The position numbers and the translations under genes were made by a program. The notes under the pieces are model-generated. The model saw only the letters and a program-made list of their open reading frames with translations. It made no database searches and was not told the DNA's origin. A stretch of 64,000 nucleotides of DNA from Azolla caroliniana (taxonomy: Eukaryota > Plantae > Polypodiophyta), in assembly GCA_043228905.1 (NCBI GenBank), contig JBHGNT010000018.1, forward strand, positions 8,990,001 through 9,054,000, written 5' to 3'. This document shows positions 25,230 through 38,180 of the stretch, one piece after another; position 1 is the stretch's first letter; the number at the start of each line of letters is the position of its first letter.

Positions 25230-25814
25230 ATCATATTTAGACTTCTAATTCGCATTAAATCCAAATATCAAGTAGAATTTAAATATAATTCGCACGTTAC
25301 AATAGTTTTTCCTCTCAAATTCTACTGTTAATTTCCTCACCTCCAATTCTAGCTAGTATATTTGGAGTGACACAAAATTTAGAAATTTGCTATCAACCTT
25401 GTATTCCACGCACGCGGCCACGGCATTCCTGTATATATTTCAAATGGCTATTACATTTAATGAGAGGATCTTCATCAATTCTCACAAATATTTCCATCGT
25501 TCATCATTAGACCATGAGGCTTCGTCATTGTGAGACGAATTTGATATTCAGGTTATGAAGGTATTTCCTCCTATTAATTATTTGATTGACACACTTGAGC
25601 CGATACAAACTGATTGCGTTGTGTTTCAATCCGTAGCGGTTGCATCCTATGACTCATAACATATACCTCCGGCTTGCTAAGTGTGACATCCACAATGTAT
25701 GTTTCCTCTCCGCTCATTTGGAGAACGGGTCCATTGGATGTTAAGACTAATGGAACTGCGATAGTTTGAGATAGGCTATCAATGCTTTAATTTGTCATGA
25801 GAGGGAGAGGAAAA

Positions 25815-25887
25815 TGGAGATGCGGGGTATCGATCCCCATACCTCTCGCATGCTAAGCGAGCGCTCTACCATTTGAGCTACATCCCC
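25815..25887 (-). tRNA. trnA: tRNA-Ala(AGC), unit 15
   Basis: Same sequence as the unit 1 copy. Confidence 0.95.
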
Positions 25888-26347
25888 GAAACTCTTGCCT
25901 TCAGGTTTTAGAAAGAGTGGAATGACATGTAACAGATAATGCTTATCTAGAAATGCAGGTAATAGGCTGTACTAATTGTTGTTTTCAAATCTTAAAAGTA
26001 ATCCCGTAAGGTCACTTTTAAATTAATACGATTGCGATAATGCCATCAACTCCGTACTTCTGGTACGCCAAGCATGCATTTTAGCTTTGAGAATCGACCG
26101 ATATGCTTTTTTGCGCAACATTGTTAATATATTTGTGAATCGAATTCCCATGTGAAATTTAGAAATTAATAGCTTTACTTCTAGTTTTTCCTGATACGTT
26201 TGTACGAATACGAATGACGACATGGGCATGGATCCCATATTAATTCTGACCCTTCCCAGATGGTCCTCAAACGAATCAGAATGACATTCTTGTCACGGAG
26301 AGACTTAGAGATGATCTTTCCATTTAATAATTCGTAATGATACAAAA

Positions 26348-26420
26348 TGGAGAAGCGAGGTATCGATCCCCGTGCCTCTCGCATGCAAAGCGAGCGCTCT
26401 ACCATGTGAGCTACATCCCC
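26348..26420 (-). tRNA. trnA: tRNA-Ala(UGC), unit 16
   Basis: Same sequence as the unit 1 copy. Confidence 0.88.
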
Positions 26421-27005
26421 ATCATATTTAGACTTCTAATTCGCATTAAATCCAAATATCAAGTAGAATTTAAATATAATTCGCACGTTACAATAGTTTT
26501 TCCTCTCAAATTCTACTGTTAATTTCCTCACCTCCAATTCTAGCTAGTATATTTGGAGTGACACAAAATTTAGAAATTTGCTATCAACCTTGTATTCCAC
26601 GCACGCGGCCACGGCATTCCTGTATATATTTCAAATGGCTATTACATTTAATGAGAGGATCTTCGTCAATTCTCACAAATATTTCCATCGTTCATCATTA
26701 GACCATGAGGCTTCGTCATTGTGAGACGAATTTGATATTCAGGTTATGAAGGTATTTCCTCCTATTAATTATTTGATTGACACACTTGAGCCGATACAAA
26801 CTGATTGCGTTGTGTTTCAATCCGTAGCGGTTGCATCCTATGACTCATAACATATACCTCCGGCTTGCTAAGTGTGACATCCACAATGTATGTTTCCTCT
26901 CCGCTCATTTGGAGAACGGGTCCATTGGATGTTAAGACTAATGGAACTGCGATAGTTTGAGATAGGCTATCAATGCTTTAATTTGTCATGAGAGGGAGAG
27001 GAAAA

Positions 27006-27078
27006 TGGAGATGCGGGGTATCGATCCCCATACCTCTCGCATGCTAAGCGAGCGCTCTACCATTTGAGCTACATCCCC
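27006..27078 (-). tRNA. trnA: tRNA-Ala(AGC), unit 16
   Basis: Same sequence as the unit 1 copy. Confidence 0.95.
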
Positions 27079-27538
27079 GAAACTCTTGCCTTCAGGTTTT
27101 AGAAAGAGTGGAATGACATGTAACAGATAATGCTTATCTAGAAATGCAGGTAATAGGCTGTACTAATTGTTGTTTTCAAATCTTAAAAGTAATCCCGTAA
27201 GGTCACTTTTAAATTAATACGATTGCGATAATGCCATCAACTCCGTACTTCTGGTACGCCAAGCATGCATTTTAGCTTTGAGAATCGACCGATATGCTTT
27301 TTTGCGCAACATTGTTAATATATTTGTGAATCGAATTCCCATGTGAAATTTAGAAATTAATAGCTTTACTTCTAGTTTTTCCTGATACGTTTGTACGAAT
27401 ACGAATGACGACATGGGCATGGATCCCATATTAATTCTGACCCTTCCCAGATGGTCCTCAAACGAATCAGAATGACATTCTTGTCACGGAGAGACTTAGA
27501 GATGATCTTTCCATTTAATAATTCGTAATGATACAAAA

Positions 27539-27611
27539 TGGAGAAGCGAGGTATCGATCCCCGTGCCTCTCGCATGCAAAGCGAGCGCTCTACCATGTGA
27601 GCTACATCCCC
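27539..27611 (-). tRNA. trnA: tRNA-Ala(UGC), unit 17
   Basis: Same sequence as the unit 1 copy. Confidence 0.88.
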
Positions 27612-28196
27612 ATCATATTTAGACTTCTAATTCGCATTAAATCCAAATATCAAGTAGAATTTAAATATAATTCGCACGTTACAATAGTTTTTCCTCTCAA
27701 ATTCTACTGTTAATTTCCTCACCTCCAATTCTAGCTAGTATATTTGGAGTGACACAAAATTTAGAAATTTGCTATCAACCTTGTATTCCACGCACGCGGC
27801 CACGGCATTCCTGTATATATTTCAAATGGCTATTACATTTAATGAGAGGATCTTCGTCAATTCTCACAAATATTTCCATCGTTCATCATTAGACCATGAG
27901 GCTTCGTCATTGTGAGACGAATTTGATATTCAGGTTATGAAGGTATTTCCTCCTATTAATTATTTGATTGACACACTTGAGCCGATACAAACTGATTGCG
28001 TTGTGTTTCAATCCGTAGCGGTTGCATCCTATGACTCATAACATATACCTCCGGCTTGCTAAGTGTGACATCCACAATGTATGTTTCCTCTCCGCTCATT
28101 TGGAGAACGGGTCCATTGGATGTTAAGACTAATGGAACTGCGATAGTTTGAGATAGGCTATCAATGCTTTAATTTGTCATGAGAGGGAGAGGAAAA

Positions 28197-28269
28197 TGGA
28201 GATGCGGGGTATCGATCCCCATACCTCTCGCATGCTAAGCGAGCGCTCTACCATTTGAGCTACATCCCC
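28197..28269 (-). tRNA. trnA: tRNA-Ala(AGC), unit 17
   Basis: Same sequence as the unit 1 copy. Confidence 0.95.
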
Positions 28270-28729
28270 GAAACTCTTGCCTTCAGGTTTTAGAAAGAGT
28301 GGAATGACATGTAACAGATAATGCTTATCTAGAAATGCAGGTAATAGGCTGTACTAATTGTTGTTTTCAAATCTTAAAAGTAATCCCGTAAGGTCACTTT
28401 TAAATTAATACGATTGCGATAATGCCATCAACTCCGTACTTCTGGTACGCCAAGCATGCATTTTAGCTTTGAGAATCGACCGATATGCTTTTTTGCGCAA
28501 CATTGTTAATATATTTGTGAATCGAATTCCCATGTGAAATTTAGAAATTAATAGCTTTACTTCTAGTTTTTCCTGATACGTTTGTACGAATACGAATGAC
28601 GACATGGGCATGGATCCCATATTAATTCTGACCCTTCCCAGATGGTCCTCAAACGAATCAGAATGACATTCTTGTCACGGAGAGACTTAGAGATGATCTT
28701 TCCATTTAATAATTCGTAATGATACAAAA

Positions 28730-28802
28730 TGGAGAAGCGAGGTATCGATCCCCGTGCCTCTCGCATGCAAAGCGAGCGCTCTACCATGTGAGCTACATCC
28801 CC
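28730..28802 (-). tRNA. trnA: tRNA-Ala(UGC), unit 18
   Basis: Same sequence as the unit 1 copy. Confidence 0.88.
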
Positions 28803-29387
28803 ATCATATTTAGACTTCTAATTCGCATTAAATCCAAATATCAAGTAGAATTTAAATATAATTCGCACGTTACAATAGTTTTTCCTCTCAAATTCTACTG
28901 TTAATTTCCTCACCTCCAATTCTAGCTAGTATATTTGGAGTGACACAAAATTTAGAAATTTGCTATCAACCTTGTATTCCACGCACGCGGCCACGGCATT
29001 CCTGTATATATTTCAAATGGCTATTACATTTAATGAGAGGATCTTCGTCAATTCTCACAAATATTTCCATCGTTCATCATTAGACCATGAGGCTTCGTCA
29101 TTGTGAGACGAATTTGATATTCAGGTTATGAAGGTATTTCCTCCTATTAATTATTTGATTGACACACTTGAGCCGATACAAACTGATTGCGTTGTGTTTC
29201 AATCCGTAGCGGTTGCATCCTATGACTCATAACATATACCTCCGGCTTGCTAAGTGTGACATCCACAATGTATGTTTCCTCTCCGCTCATTTGGAGAACG
29301 GGTCCATTGGATGTTAAGACTAATGGAACTGCGATAGTTTGAGATAGGCTATCAATGCTTTAATTTGTCATGAGAGGGAGAGGAAAA

Positions 29388-29460
29388 TGGAGATGCGGGG
29401 TATCGATCCCCATACCTCTCGCATGCTAAGCGAGCGCTCTACCATTTGAGCTACATCCCC
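29388..29460 (-). tRNA. trnA: tRNA-Ala(AGC), unit 18
   Basis: Same sequence as the unit 1 copy. Confidence 0.95.
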
Positions 29461-29920
29461 GAAACTCTTGCCTTCAGGTTTTAGAAAGAGTGGAATGACA
29501 TGTAACAGATAATGCTTATCTAGAAATGCAGGTAATAGGCTGTACTAATTGTTGTTTTCAAATCTTAAAAGTAATCCCGTAAGGTCACTTTTAAATTAAT
29601 ACGATTGCGATAATGCCATCAACTCCGTACTTCTGGTACGCCAAGCATGCATTTTAGCTTTGAGAATCGACCGATATGCTTTTTTGCGCAACATTGTTAA
29701 TATATTTGTGAATCGAATTCCCATGTGAAATTTAGAAATTAATAGCTTTACTTCTAGTTTTTCCTGATACGTTTGTACGAATACGAATGACGACATGGGC
29801 ATGGATCCCATATTAATTCTGACCCTTCCCAGATGGTCCTCAAACGAATCAGAATGACATTCTTGTCACGGAGAGACTTAGAGATGATCTTTCCATTTAA
29901 TAATTCGTAATGATACAAAA

Positions 29921-29993
29921 TGGAGAAGCGAGGTATCGATCCCCGTGCCTCTCGCATGCAAAGCGAGCGCTCTACCATGTGAGCTACATCCCC
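29921..29993 (-). tRNA. trnA: tRNA-Ala(UGC), unit 19
   Basis: Same sequence as the unit 1 copy. Confidence 0.88.
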
Positions 29994-30578
29994 ATCATAT
30001 TTAGACTTCTAATTCGCATTAAATCCAAATATCAAGTAGAATTTAAATATAATTCGCACGTTACAATAGTTTTTCCTCTCAAATTCTACTGTTAATTTCC
30101 TCACCTCCAATTCTAGCTAGTATATTTGGAGTGACACAAAATTTAGAAATTTGCTATCAACCTTGTATTCCACGCACGCGGCCACGGCATTCCTGTATAT
30201 ATTTCAAATGGCTATTACATTTAATGAGAGGATCTTCGTCAATTCTCACAAATATTTCCATCGTTCATCATTAGACCATGAGGCTTCGTCATTGTGAGAC
30301 GAATTTGATATTCAGGTTATGAAGGTATTTCCTCCTATTAATTATTTGATTGACACACTTGAGCCGATACAAACTGATTGCGTTGTGTTTCAATCCGTAG
30401 CGGTTGCATCCTATGACTCATAACATATACCTCCGGCTTGCTAAGTGTGACATCCACAATGTATGTTTCCTCTCCGCTCATTTGGAGAACGGGTCCATTG
30501 GATGTTAAGACTAATGGAACTGCGATAGTTTGAGATAGGCTATCAATGCTTTAATTTGTCATGAGAGGGAGAGGAAAA

Positions 30579-30651
30579 TGGAGATGCGGGGTATCGATCC
30601 CCATACCTCTCGCATGCTAAGCGAGCGCTCTACCATTTGAGCTACATCCCC
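30579..30651 (-). tRNA. trnA: tRNA-Ala(AGC), unit 19
   Basis: Same sequence as the unit 1 copy. Confidence 0.95.
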
Positions 30652-31111
30652 GAAACTCTTGCCTTCAGGTTTTAGAAAGAGTGGAATGACATGTAACAGA
30701 TAATGCTTATCTAGAAATGCAGGTAATAGGCTGTACTAATTGTTGTTTTCAAATCTTAAAAGTAATCCCGTAAGGTCACTTTTAAATTAATACGATTGCG
30801 ATAATGCCATCAACTCCGTACTTCTGGTACGCCAAGCATGCATTTTAGCTTTGAGAATCGACCGATATGCTTTTTTGCGCAACATTGTTAATATATTTGT
30901 GAATCGAATTCCCATGTGAAATTTAGAAATTAATAGCTTTACTTCTAGTTTTTCCTGATACGTTTGTACGAATACGAATGACGACATGGGCATGGATCCC
31001 ATATTAATTCTGACCCTTCCCAGATGGTCCTCAAACGAATCAGAATGACATTCTTGTCACGGAGAGACTTAGAGATGATCTTTCCATTTAATAATTCGTA
31101 ATGATACAAAA

Positions 31112-31184
31112 TGGAGAAGCGAGGTATCGATCCCCGTGCCTCTCGCATGCAAAGCGAGCGCTCTACCATGTGAGCTACATCCCC
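31112..31184 (-). tRNA. trnA: tRNA-Ala(UGC), unit 20
   Basis: Same sequence as the unit 1 copy. Confidence 0.88.
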
Positions 31185-31769
31185 ATCATATTTAGACTTC
31201 TAATTCGCATTAAATCCAAATATCAAGTAGAATTTAAATATAATTCGCACGTTACAATAGTTTTTCCTCTCAAATTCTACTGTTAATTTCCTCACCTCCA
31301 ATTCTAGCTAGTATATTTGGAGTGACACAAAATTTAGAAATTTGCTATCAACCTTGTATTCCACGCACGCGGCCACGGCATTCCTGTATATATTTCAAAT
31401 GGCTATTACATTTAATGAGAGGATCTTCGTCAATTCTCACAAATATTTCCATCGTTCATCATTAGACCATGAGGCTTCGTCATTGTGAGACGAATTTGAT
31501 ATTCAGGTTATGAAGGTATTTCCTCCTATTAATTATTTGATTGACACACTTGAGCCGATACAAACTGATTGCGTTGTGTTTCAATCCGTAGCGGTTGCAT
31601 CCTATGACTCATAACATATACCTCCGGCTTGCTAAGTGTGACATCCACAATGTATGTTTCCTCTCCGCTCATTTGGAGAACGGGTCCATTGGATGTTAAG
31701 ACTAATGGAACTGCGATAGTTTGAGATAGGCTATCAATGCTTTAATTTGTCATGAGAGGGAGAGGAAAA

Positions 31770-31842
31770 TGGAGATGCGGGGTATCGATCCCCATACCTC
31801 TCGCATGCTAAGCGAGCGCTCTACCATTTGAGCTACATCCCC
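31770..31842 (-). tRNA. trnA: tRNA-Ala(AGC), unit 20
   Basis: Same sequence as the unit 1 copy. Confidence 0.95.
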
Positions 31843-32302
31843 GAAACTCTTGCCTTCAGGTTTTAGAAAGAGTGGAATGACATGTAACAGATAATGCTTA
31901 TCTAGAAATGCAGGTAATAGGCTGTACTAATTGTTGTTTTCAAATCTTAAAAGTAATCCCGTAAGGTCACTTTTAAATTAATACGATTGCGATAATGCCA
32001 TCAACTCCGTACTTCTGGTACGCCAAGCATGCATTTTAGCTTTGAGAATCGACCGATATGCTTTTTTGCGCAACATTGTTAATATATTTGTGAATCGAAT
32101 TCCCATGTGAAATTTAGAAATTAATAGCTTTACTTCTAGTTTTTCCTGATACGTTTGTACGAATACGAATGACGACATGGGCATGGATCCCATATTAATT
32201 CTGACCCTTCCCAGATGGTCCTCAAACGAATCAGAATGACATTCTTGTCACGGAGAGACTTAGAGATGATCTTTCCATTTAATAATTCGTAATGATACAA
32301 AA

Positions 32303-32375
32303 TGGAGAAGCGAGGTATCGATCCCCGTGCCTCTCGCATGCAAAGCGAGCGCTCTACCATGTGAGCTACATCCCC
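32303..32375 (-). tRNA. trnA: tRNA-Ala(UGC), unit 21
   Basis: Same sequence as the unit 1 copy. Confidence 0.88.
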
Positions 32376-32960
32376 ATCATATTTAGACTTCTAATTCGCA
32401 TTAAATCCAAATATCAAGTAGAATTTAAATATAATTCGCACGTTACAATAGTTTTTCCTCTCAAATTCTACTGTTAATTTCCTCACCTCCAATTCTAGCT
32501 AGTATATTTGGAGTGACACAAAATTTAGAAATTTGCTATCAACCTTGTATTCCACGCACGCGGCCACGGCATTCCTGTATATATTTCAAATGGCTATTAC
32601 ATTTAATGAGAGGATCTTCGTCAATTCTCACAAATATTTCCATCGTTCATCATTAGACCATGAGGCTTCGTCATTGTGAGACGAATTTGATATTCAGGTT
32701 ATGAAGGTATTTCCTCCTATTAATTATTTGATTGACACACTTGAGCCGATACAAACTGATTGCGTTGTGTTTCAATCCGTAGCGGTTGCATCCTATGACT
32801 CATAACATATACCTCCGGCTTGCTAAGTGTGACATCCACAATGTATGTTTCCTCTCCGCTCATTTGGAGAACGGGTCCATTGGATGTTAAGACTAATGGA
32901 ACTGCGATAGTTTGAGATAGGCTATCAATGCTTTAATTTGTCATGAGAGGGAGAGGAAAA

Positions 32961-33033
32961 TGGAGATGCGGGGTATCGATCCCCATACCTCTCGCATGCT
33001 AAGCGAGCGCTCTACCATTTGAGCTACATCCCC
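32961..33033 (-). tRNA. trnA: tRNA-Ala(AGC), unit 21
   Basis: Same sequence as the unit 1 copy. Confidence 0.95.
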
Positions 33034-33493
33034 GAAACTCTTGCCTTCAGGTTTTAGAAAGAGTGGAATGACATGTAACAGATAATGCTTATCTAGAAAT
33101 GCAGGTAATAGGCTGTACTAATTGTTGTTTTCAAATCTTAAAAGTAATCCCGTAAGGTCACTTTTAAATTAATACGATTGCGATAATGCCATCAACTCCG
33201 TACTTCTGGTACGCCAAGCATGCATTTTAGCTTTGAGAATCGACCGATATGCTTTTTTGCGCAACATTGTTAATATATTTGTGAATCGAATTCCCATGTG
33301 AAATTTAGAAATTAATAGCTTTACTTCTAGTTTTTCCTGATACGTTTGTACGAATACGAATGACGACATGGGCATGGATCCCATATTAATTCTGACCCTT
33401 CCCAGATGGTCCTCAAACGAATCAGAATGACATTCTTGTCACGGAGAGACTTAGAGATGATCTTTCCATTTAATAATTCGTAATGATACAAAA

Positions 33494-33566
33494 TGGAGAA
33501 GCGAGGTATCGATCCCCGTGCCTCTCGCATGCAAAGCGAGCGCTCTACCATGTGAGCTACATCCCC
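33494..33566 (-). tRNA. trnA: tRNA-Ala(UGC), unit 22
   Basis: Same sequence as the unit 1 copy. Confidence 0.88.
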
Positions 33567-34151
33567 ATCATATTTAGACTTCTAATTCGCATTAAATCCA
33601 AATATCAAGTAGAATTTAAATATAATTCGCACGTTACAATAGTTTTTCCTCTCAAATTCTACTGTTAATTTCCTCACCTCCAATTCTAGCTAGTATATTT
33701 GGAGTGACACAAAATTTAGAAATTTGCTATCAACCTTGTATTCCACGCACGCGGCCACGGCATTCCTGTATATATTTCAAATGGCTATTACATTTAATGA
33801 GAGGATCTTCATCAATTCTCACAAATATTTCCATCGTTCATCATTAGACCATGAGGCTTCGTCATTGTGAGACGAATTTGATATTCAGGTTATGAAGGTA
33901 TTTCCTCCTATTAATTATTTGATTGACACACTTGAGCCGATACAAACTGATTGCGTTGTGTTTCAATCCGTAGCGGTTGCATCCTATGACTCATAACATA
34001 TACCTCCGGCTTGCTAAGTGTGACATCCACAATGTATGTTTCCTCTCCGCTCATTTGGAGAACGGGTCCATTGGATGTTAAGACTAATGGAACTGCGATA
34101 GTTTGAGATAGGCTATCAATGCTTTAATTTGTCATGAGAGGGAGAGGAAAA

Positions 34152-34224
34152 TGGAGATGCGGGGTATCGATCCCCATACCTCTCGCATGCTAAGCGAGCG
34201 CTCTACCATTTGAGCTACATCCCC
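34152..34224 (-). tRNA. trnA: tRNA-Ala(AGC), unit 22
   Basis: Same sequence as the unit 1 copy. Confidence 0.95.
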
Positions 34225-34285
34225 GAAACTCTTGCCTTCAGGTTTTAGAAAGAGTGGAATGACATGTAACAGATAATGCTTATCT

Positions 34286-35100
34286 CTCCAATCTGGGTAA
34301 GTATCATTAGGATGCCGTAAAATGGATTTTTCGATATTTAAGGGGTACATCAAAATTATGTCTATGTTTTGAAGATTCTAAACAAATCCTTGAAGGTTTG
34401 CCAGATGCAAATATGGCACGGGATCTTGATGGGAGAAAATCTACTTCGGCTTACCTATTTACATTTGTAGGGGGAGCCGTATCATAGCAATCTAAGTTGC
34501 AAAACTGTGTTGCTTTATCTACAACAGAAGCAGGATATATTGCATCCACTGAAGTTGCCGAAGAGATGTTATAGTCGAAAATGTTTGTTTCAGATTTGGG
34601 TTTATGTCAGCTAACTTATGTAATCTTCTGTGACAGCCAAAGTGCAATAGATTTGAGCAAGAACTCGATGTACCATACTCGTACGAAACATGTTGATGTA
34701 AGGTATCATTGATTGCGCTCTACAACTCAAGAAAATTCACACAGATGAAAATGTTGTTGACATGTTGACGAAGGTACTCTCAAAAGAAAAGCTTGAGCAA
34801 TGTGTCAAGCTTGTTGGAATGAACACAAACTAAGTGCCTCAATAGAATCTTCTCCTATGTGGCCAGAGGGGGAGATTGTTAGGTTTTCTGTCCACATTCT
34901 TAGTATGTAAATGGGCCTTGGACACCCAAATTTGTATATTTTAAATATACTATGAAAATAGGTCACACAAGATGGAGTTACACATCTATACTCACATCTA
35001 TACATTATTATATATGAATATGGGCATATATGAGCTTTGTTAAGATTTTCATGAAAAAATCTTATGATAGAAAAGTAGGATTCCATTCACTTGAGTCAAT
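34286..35100 (+). mobile_element. Ty1/copia remnant: RNase H, PPT and start of the 3' LTR (right end approximate)
   Basis: Translates to RKSTSAY..VALSTTEAGYIA..CDSQSAI..RTKHVDVRYH; PPT AGAGGGGGAGA 34865-34875, then TGTT at 34877. Confidence 0.85.
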
Positions 35101-35521
35101 TGCACCACTAACTTGCTAAACGCTCTACACTACCTCTGTTAACACCATTTCTAATTCATCGAGTTTGCCCCATACCAACACCTCTATTTCATGTACTAAC
35201 TCTCCTTGCATTTCCACCACCAACTCTTCTTCTTGTGCTCTTCTAATTTCACTTTCTAATGTTTTGCTCACCAATAATGAAGATGTTTTTTTAATGCAAT
35301 GCCAGGAAATGAGATTGTGAGTGACGAAAGAATGGGCAAATTTTTGATAAAATGTGATCAATGTCATGGTATTCAATTAGAGGGAGATATATTTAGCTTA
35401 GAGTTTAATGACATTGTCATTTTCTGATTGACCATTTCAAAATGAATATGGATGACCTAGGTTTAAACCTTGATCATTATGACAAGTAGTTCTACCAAGT
35501 GACATTTTCCTCTTATTGCCC

Positions 35522-38180
35522 TTTTTTTTTCAATAAGATTTCCTTCATTAGTATTAAGAAAAGTGCTTGAGGGCTACAAAAATGTAAATCAGAGAGTATT
35601 ATATACAAAAGAAATGCTCAGGGCAAGGACCAAGGGTATTGATATCTCCATAACGATCCTTTAGAGGAAACTGTGAACAAAGGTAATTTCCTCCATAATT
35701 GCAATAATTTTTTCATTTTCTTCAAAACAACCTCCGAAGAGCCTGGCATATTGTCATATTGCCCTACACAACCGCCAATAAGCTCCCCCATCATTTCGGC
35801 AATATATCTAAGAGAAGAGGAATTATGGACCCATATCATCTTTTACAACGATACTTCCATAATATCCATAATGGAACCGTAGGTACTGTTTTCCATACAT
35901 GGGTTGCACGCATTTGCTTACGAGGTTGTTGAAAAAGGGAGATAGTAATGAGATGTATGTTGATGACTGTCATAGCCTCCGAAGCATCATCTGTTTCATT
36001 CAACAGGAGATTGGAATGGAGAACCCCCCATACCGCTGATCCCCAAGAGTAGATGTAGCCTGCATTAATTTTCAGGAATAAAGAGAACTTTATTCCATAC
36101 CGGTTGGTCTATTGAGCACGACCAGAGATCCTGCTTGATAGTTTCCTGCATGTCATCGCAATAACAACATTGTCTAAGACTAGTTGCCACATCTCCTTTC
36201 AATGACTGACCTACTAGTAGGGCTACATGTAGTAAAAGCCATCTGAAGTGAATATATTTGGTTGGTCCCTTGAAAGACCAAATCCATGTCCAATATGCCT
36301 TCAAATCAATGCTTGAAACACCCAACTTATTCCAGTGCATTTGAGCTACATGAGTTGGAATATTCTTAGACATGAGTAAGGTTCTGACCAATTTCACGTT
36401 GTACTGGAAGAATGGAACTTTCTGCAATAGATCCATGATGGGATTGGTCCAAAACCATTCCCATGGGTCCCACATCAGCCTACTAACTAGTTGTCGTGCA
36501 TATAACCAGAGCATATCCCACAATTGAGCTATTGACAGTTGTGGATCCAATAGCCATTTCTTACCAGATTTGGCAATCACCCTAACTGGCACAGTGAGCA
36601 GGTTCTATAATAAATTATTTGAGGGTGTATAAGGCTGTAATTTATTGTCCTGTTGAATATGGAAATAAAAAATACATCCGTCTGCAGAAATTCCTTTAAC
36701 ATAAAGCATCATGCCATTCATAAGGCATCCAAACCACATATGTTCCTGCATTGATTGAAGGCGCGTCAATGATTGTGAGAAAGCCGCTAAGATTTCCGTT
36801 GTCATTGTTTTTGCCCCATATACCGAGTGCAACTGCTTAAGTCGATCCACTTCTGGCATCTGCTGAAATTGAATCTAGGATCTCACTGATGTTGTTGGCC
36901 CATTGTCAAGTTTTCCACAGGCAAGACGAGTCCTAAGGCCCAATACATTTCCAACAGAATCCCGGACGAGAGAATTAGCTAATAGCGGTTAATTCATCCA
37001 ACCATCCCACGTGTTAGACATCTGTTTATGTAAGAAAATCTTGATTGCATCCCATGCTCTGATGATTCCCTAGAGAAATCTATTGGATGTCAGATTTCAT
37101 CTCGGTGTTTGTGCCTCTGTCAAGAACATTCATTTCAAAGAAGGCAACTAGTTGCCTCCCGTGTACCCTTCCTTGGTAATAGTCCTCTGACTACAAACTT
37201 TGTCAGGAGAGCTCGAGATTGCATCAAGGGATCTATTAAAGCCAACCCTCCTTGACTTTTGGGCCTAATCAAAACTTCCCATGCTACCTTAGCCGCAAAC
37301 TCAGCATCAAGAACTATCGTGTTTGCAATAAGTAAGGTTATTGCTTGGATGGCCACCATCGAGGATCTGAGAAACGATGATAGAGCTTCCCCAAATCGAA
37401 TGAAAAGAAAAGGTGCTAACAGACAACCTTGTCTAATAGATCTGGAAATTGGAAATAATTTACATCACATCGAGCATCTGATTTTGAAATTCATGTATAT
37501 GATTCCTTCCGTCCATTCATCGGGCATATGCCCTGCTGAGAAGATTAAATTAACTACTCTAATAAGAGTAGGCCCCATCAAGTCCCAATAATGCAAATAA
37601 AATACCACTCCTATGGCATCCTTTCTAGGACACACATTTTTTCCTAGGGATTTAGCTGTTGTCCAGACTTCAGTGTTTGTAAATGGTTGAAACAATTGAG
37701 AAGCCATTTCATGAGTGACCTTTTGTTGTACTGTTTCTAGTACAAGGTGTCGCTTATTAATATCCTCCTCTGAGAAGGACTTAGCAGATAACAACTTATG
37801 ATAATATGTCGTAGTTATGTCCCACATCTCAGAATCATCCGTTGTATAAGAACCATCTTGACGTTTTAGGGATTTCATAGATAGTGGTTTATACTTCTAT
37901 TTAAACTGGCTAAAAAAGCTCTCTGTTAACCCTATCCTATTTTTGTGACTAGGAAGTTGTATTACGCTGGTAGAAATACAAGGCTCTCACGTTTTGCTTT
38001 TCTTTTAAATTGCTTTTTACCTGTTGTAAATCTGAGAGTAACATAGGTGAGGTTGGAAATTTTTCCAATAACTTTTGCATGGCAACCAATGCCCGACGTA
38101 AATGACCTTGGATAGTTCTTCTTATGTTTTTCTTATCTAATGACCTTTGATAAAAAGTAGTAGAAGTTCTCATCATCAAA
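35522..38180 (-). mobile_element. Decayed, 5'-truncated L1-clade LINE
   Basis: RT N-terminal motifs (CPRKDAI..FY..YW; SIRQGCLLAPFLF), KVAW..PKSQGGL, zf-RVT-like C-terminus (36065-36592); poly(A) at 35522-35530; the RT core appears deleted. Confidence 0.85.

Larger units (their letters stand above)
8099..34285 (-). repeat. Tandem array of 22 x 1191-bp units, each with tRNA-Ala(UGC) and tRNA-Ala(AGC)
   Basis: Exact 1191-bp periodicity in the sequence and the ORF track; unit 15 is 26 bp shorter; very few SNPs. Confidence 0.98.

Noticed and set aside
8099-34285. CRISPR-like array or rDNA/5S array
   Set aside because: Spacers are identical rather than unique, there are no cas genes, the context is eukaryotic, and no rRNA sequence is recognisable
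8184-34353. Three short ORFs (71, 74 and 61 aa) recurring in every array unit
   Set aside because: Two overlap the tRNA gene, none resembles a protein family, and the frames are not preserved in the older units
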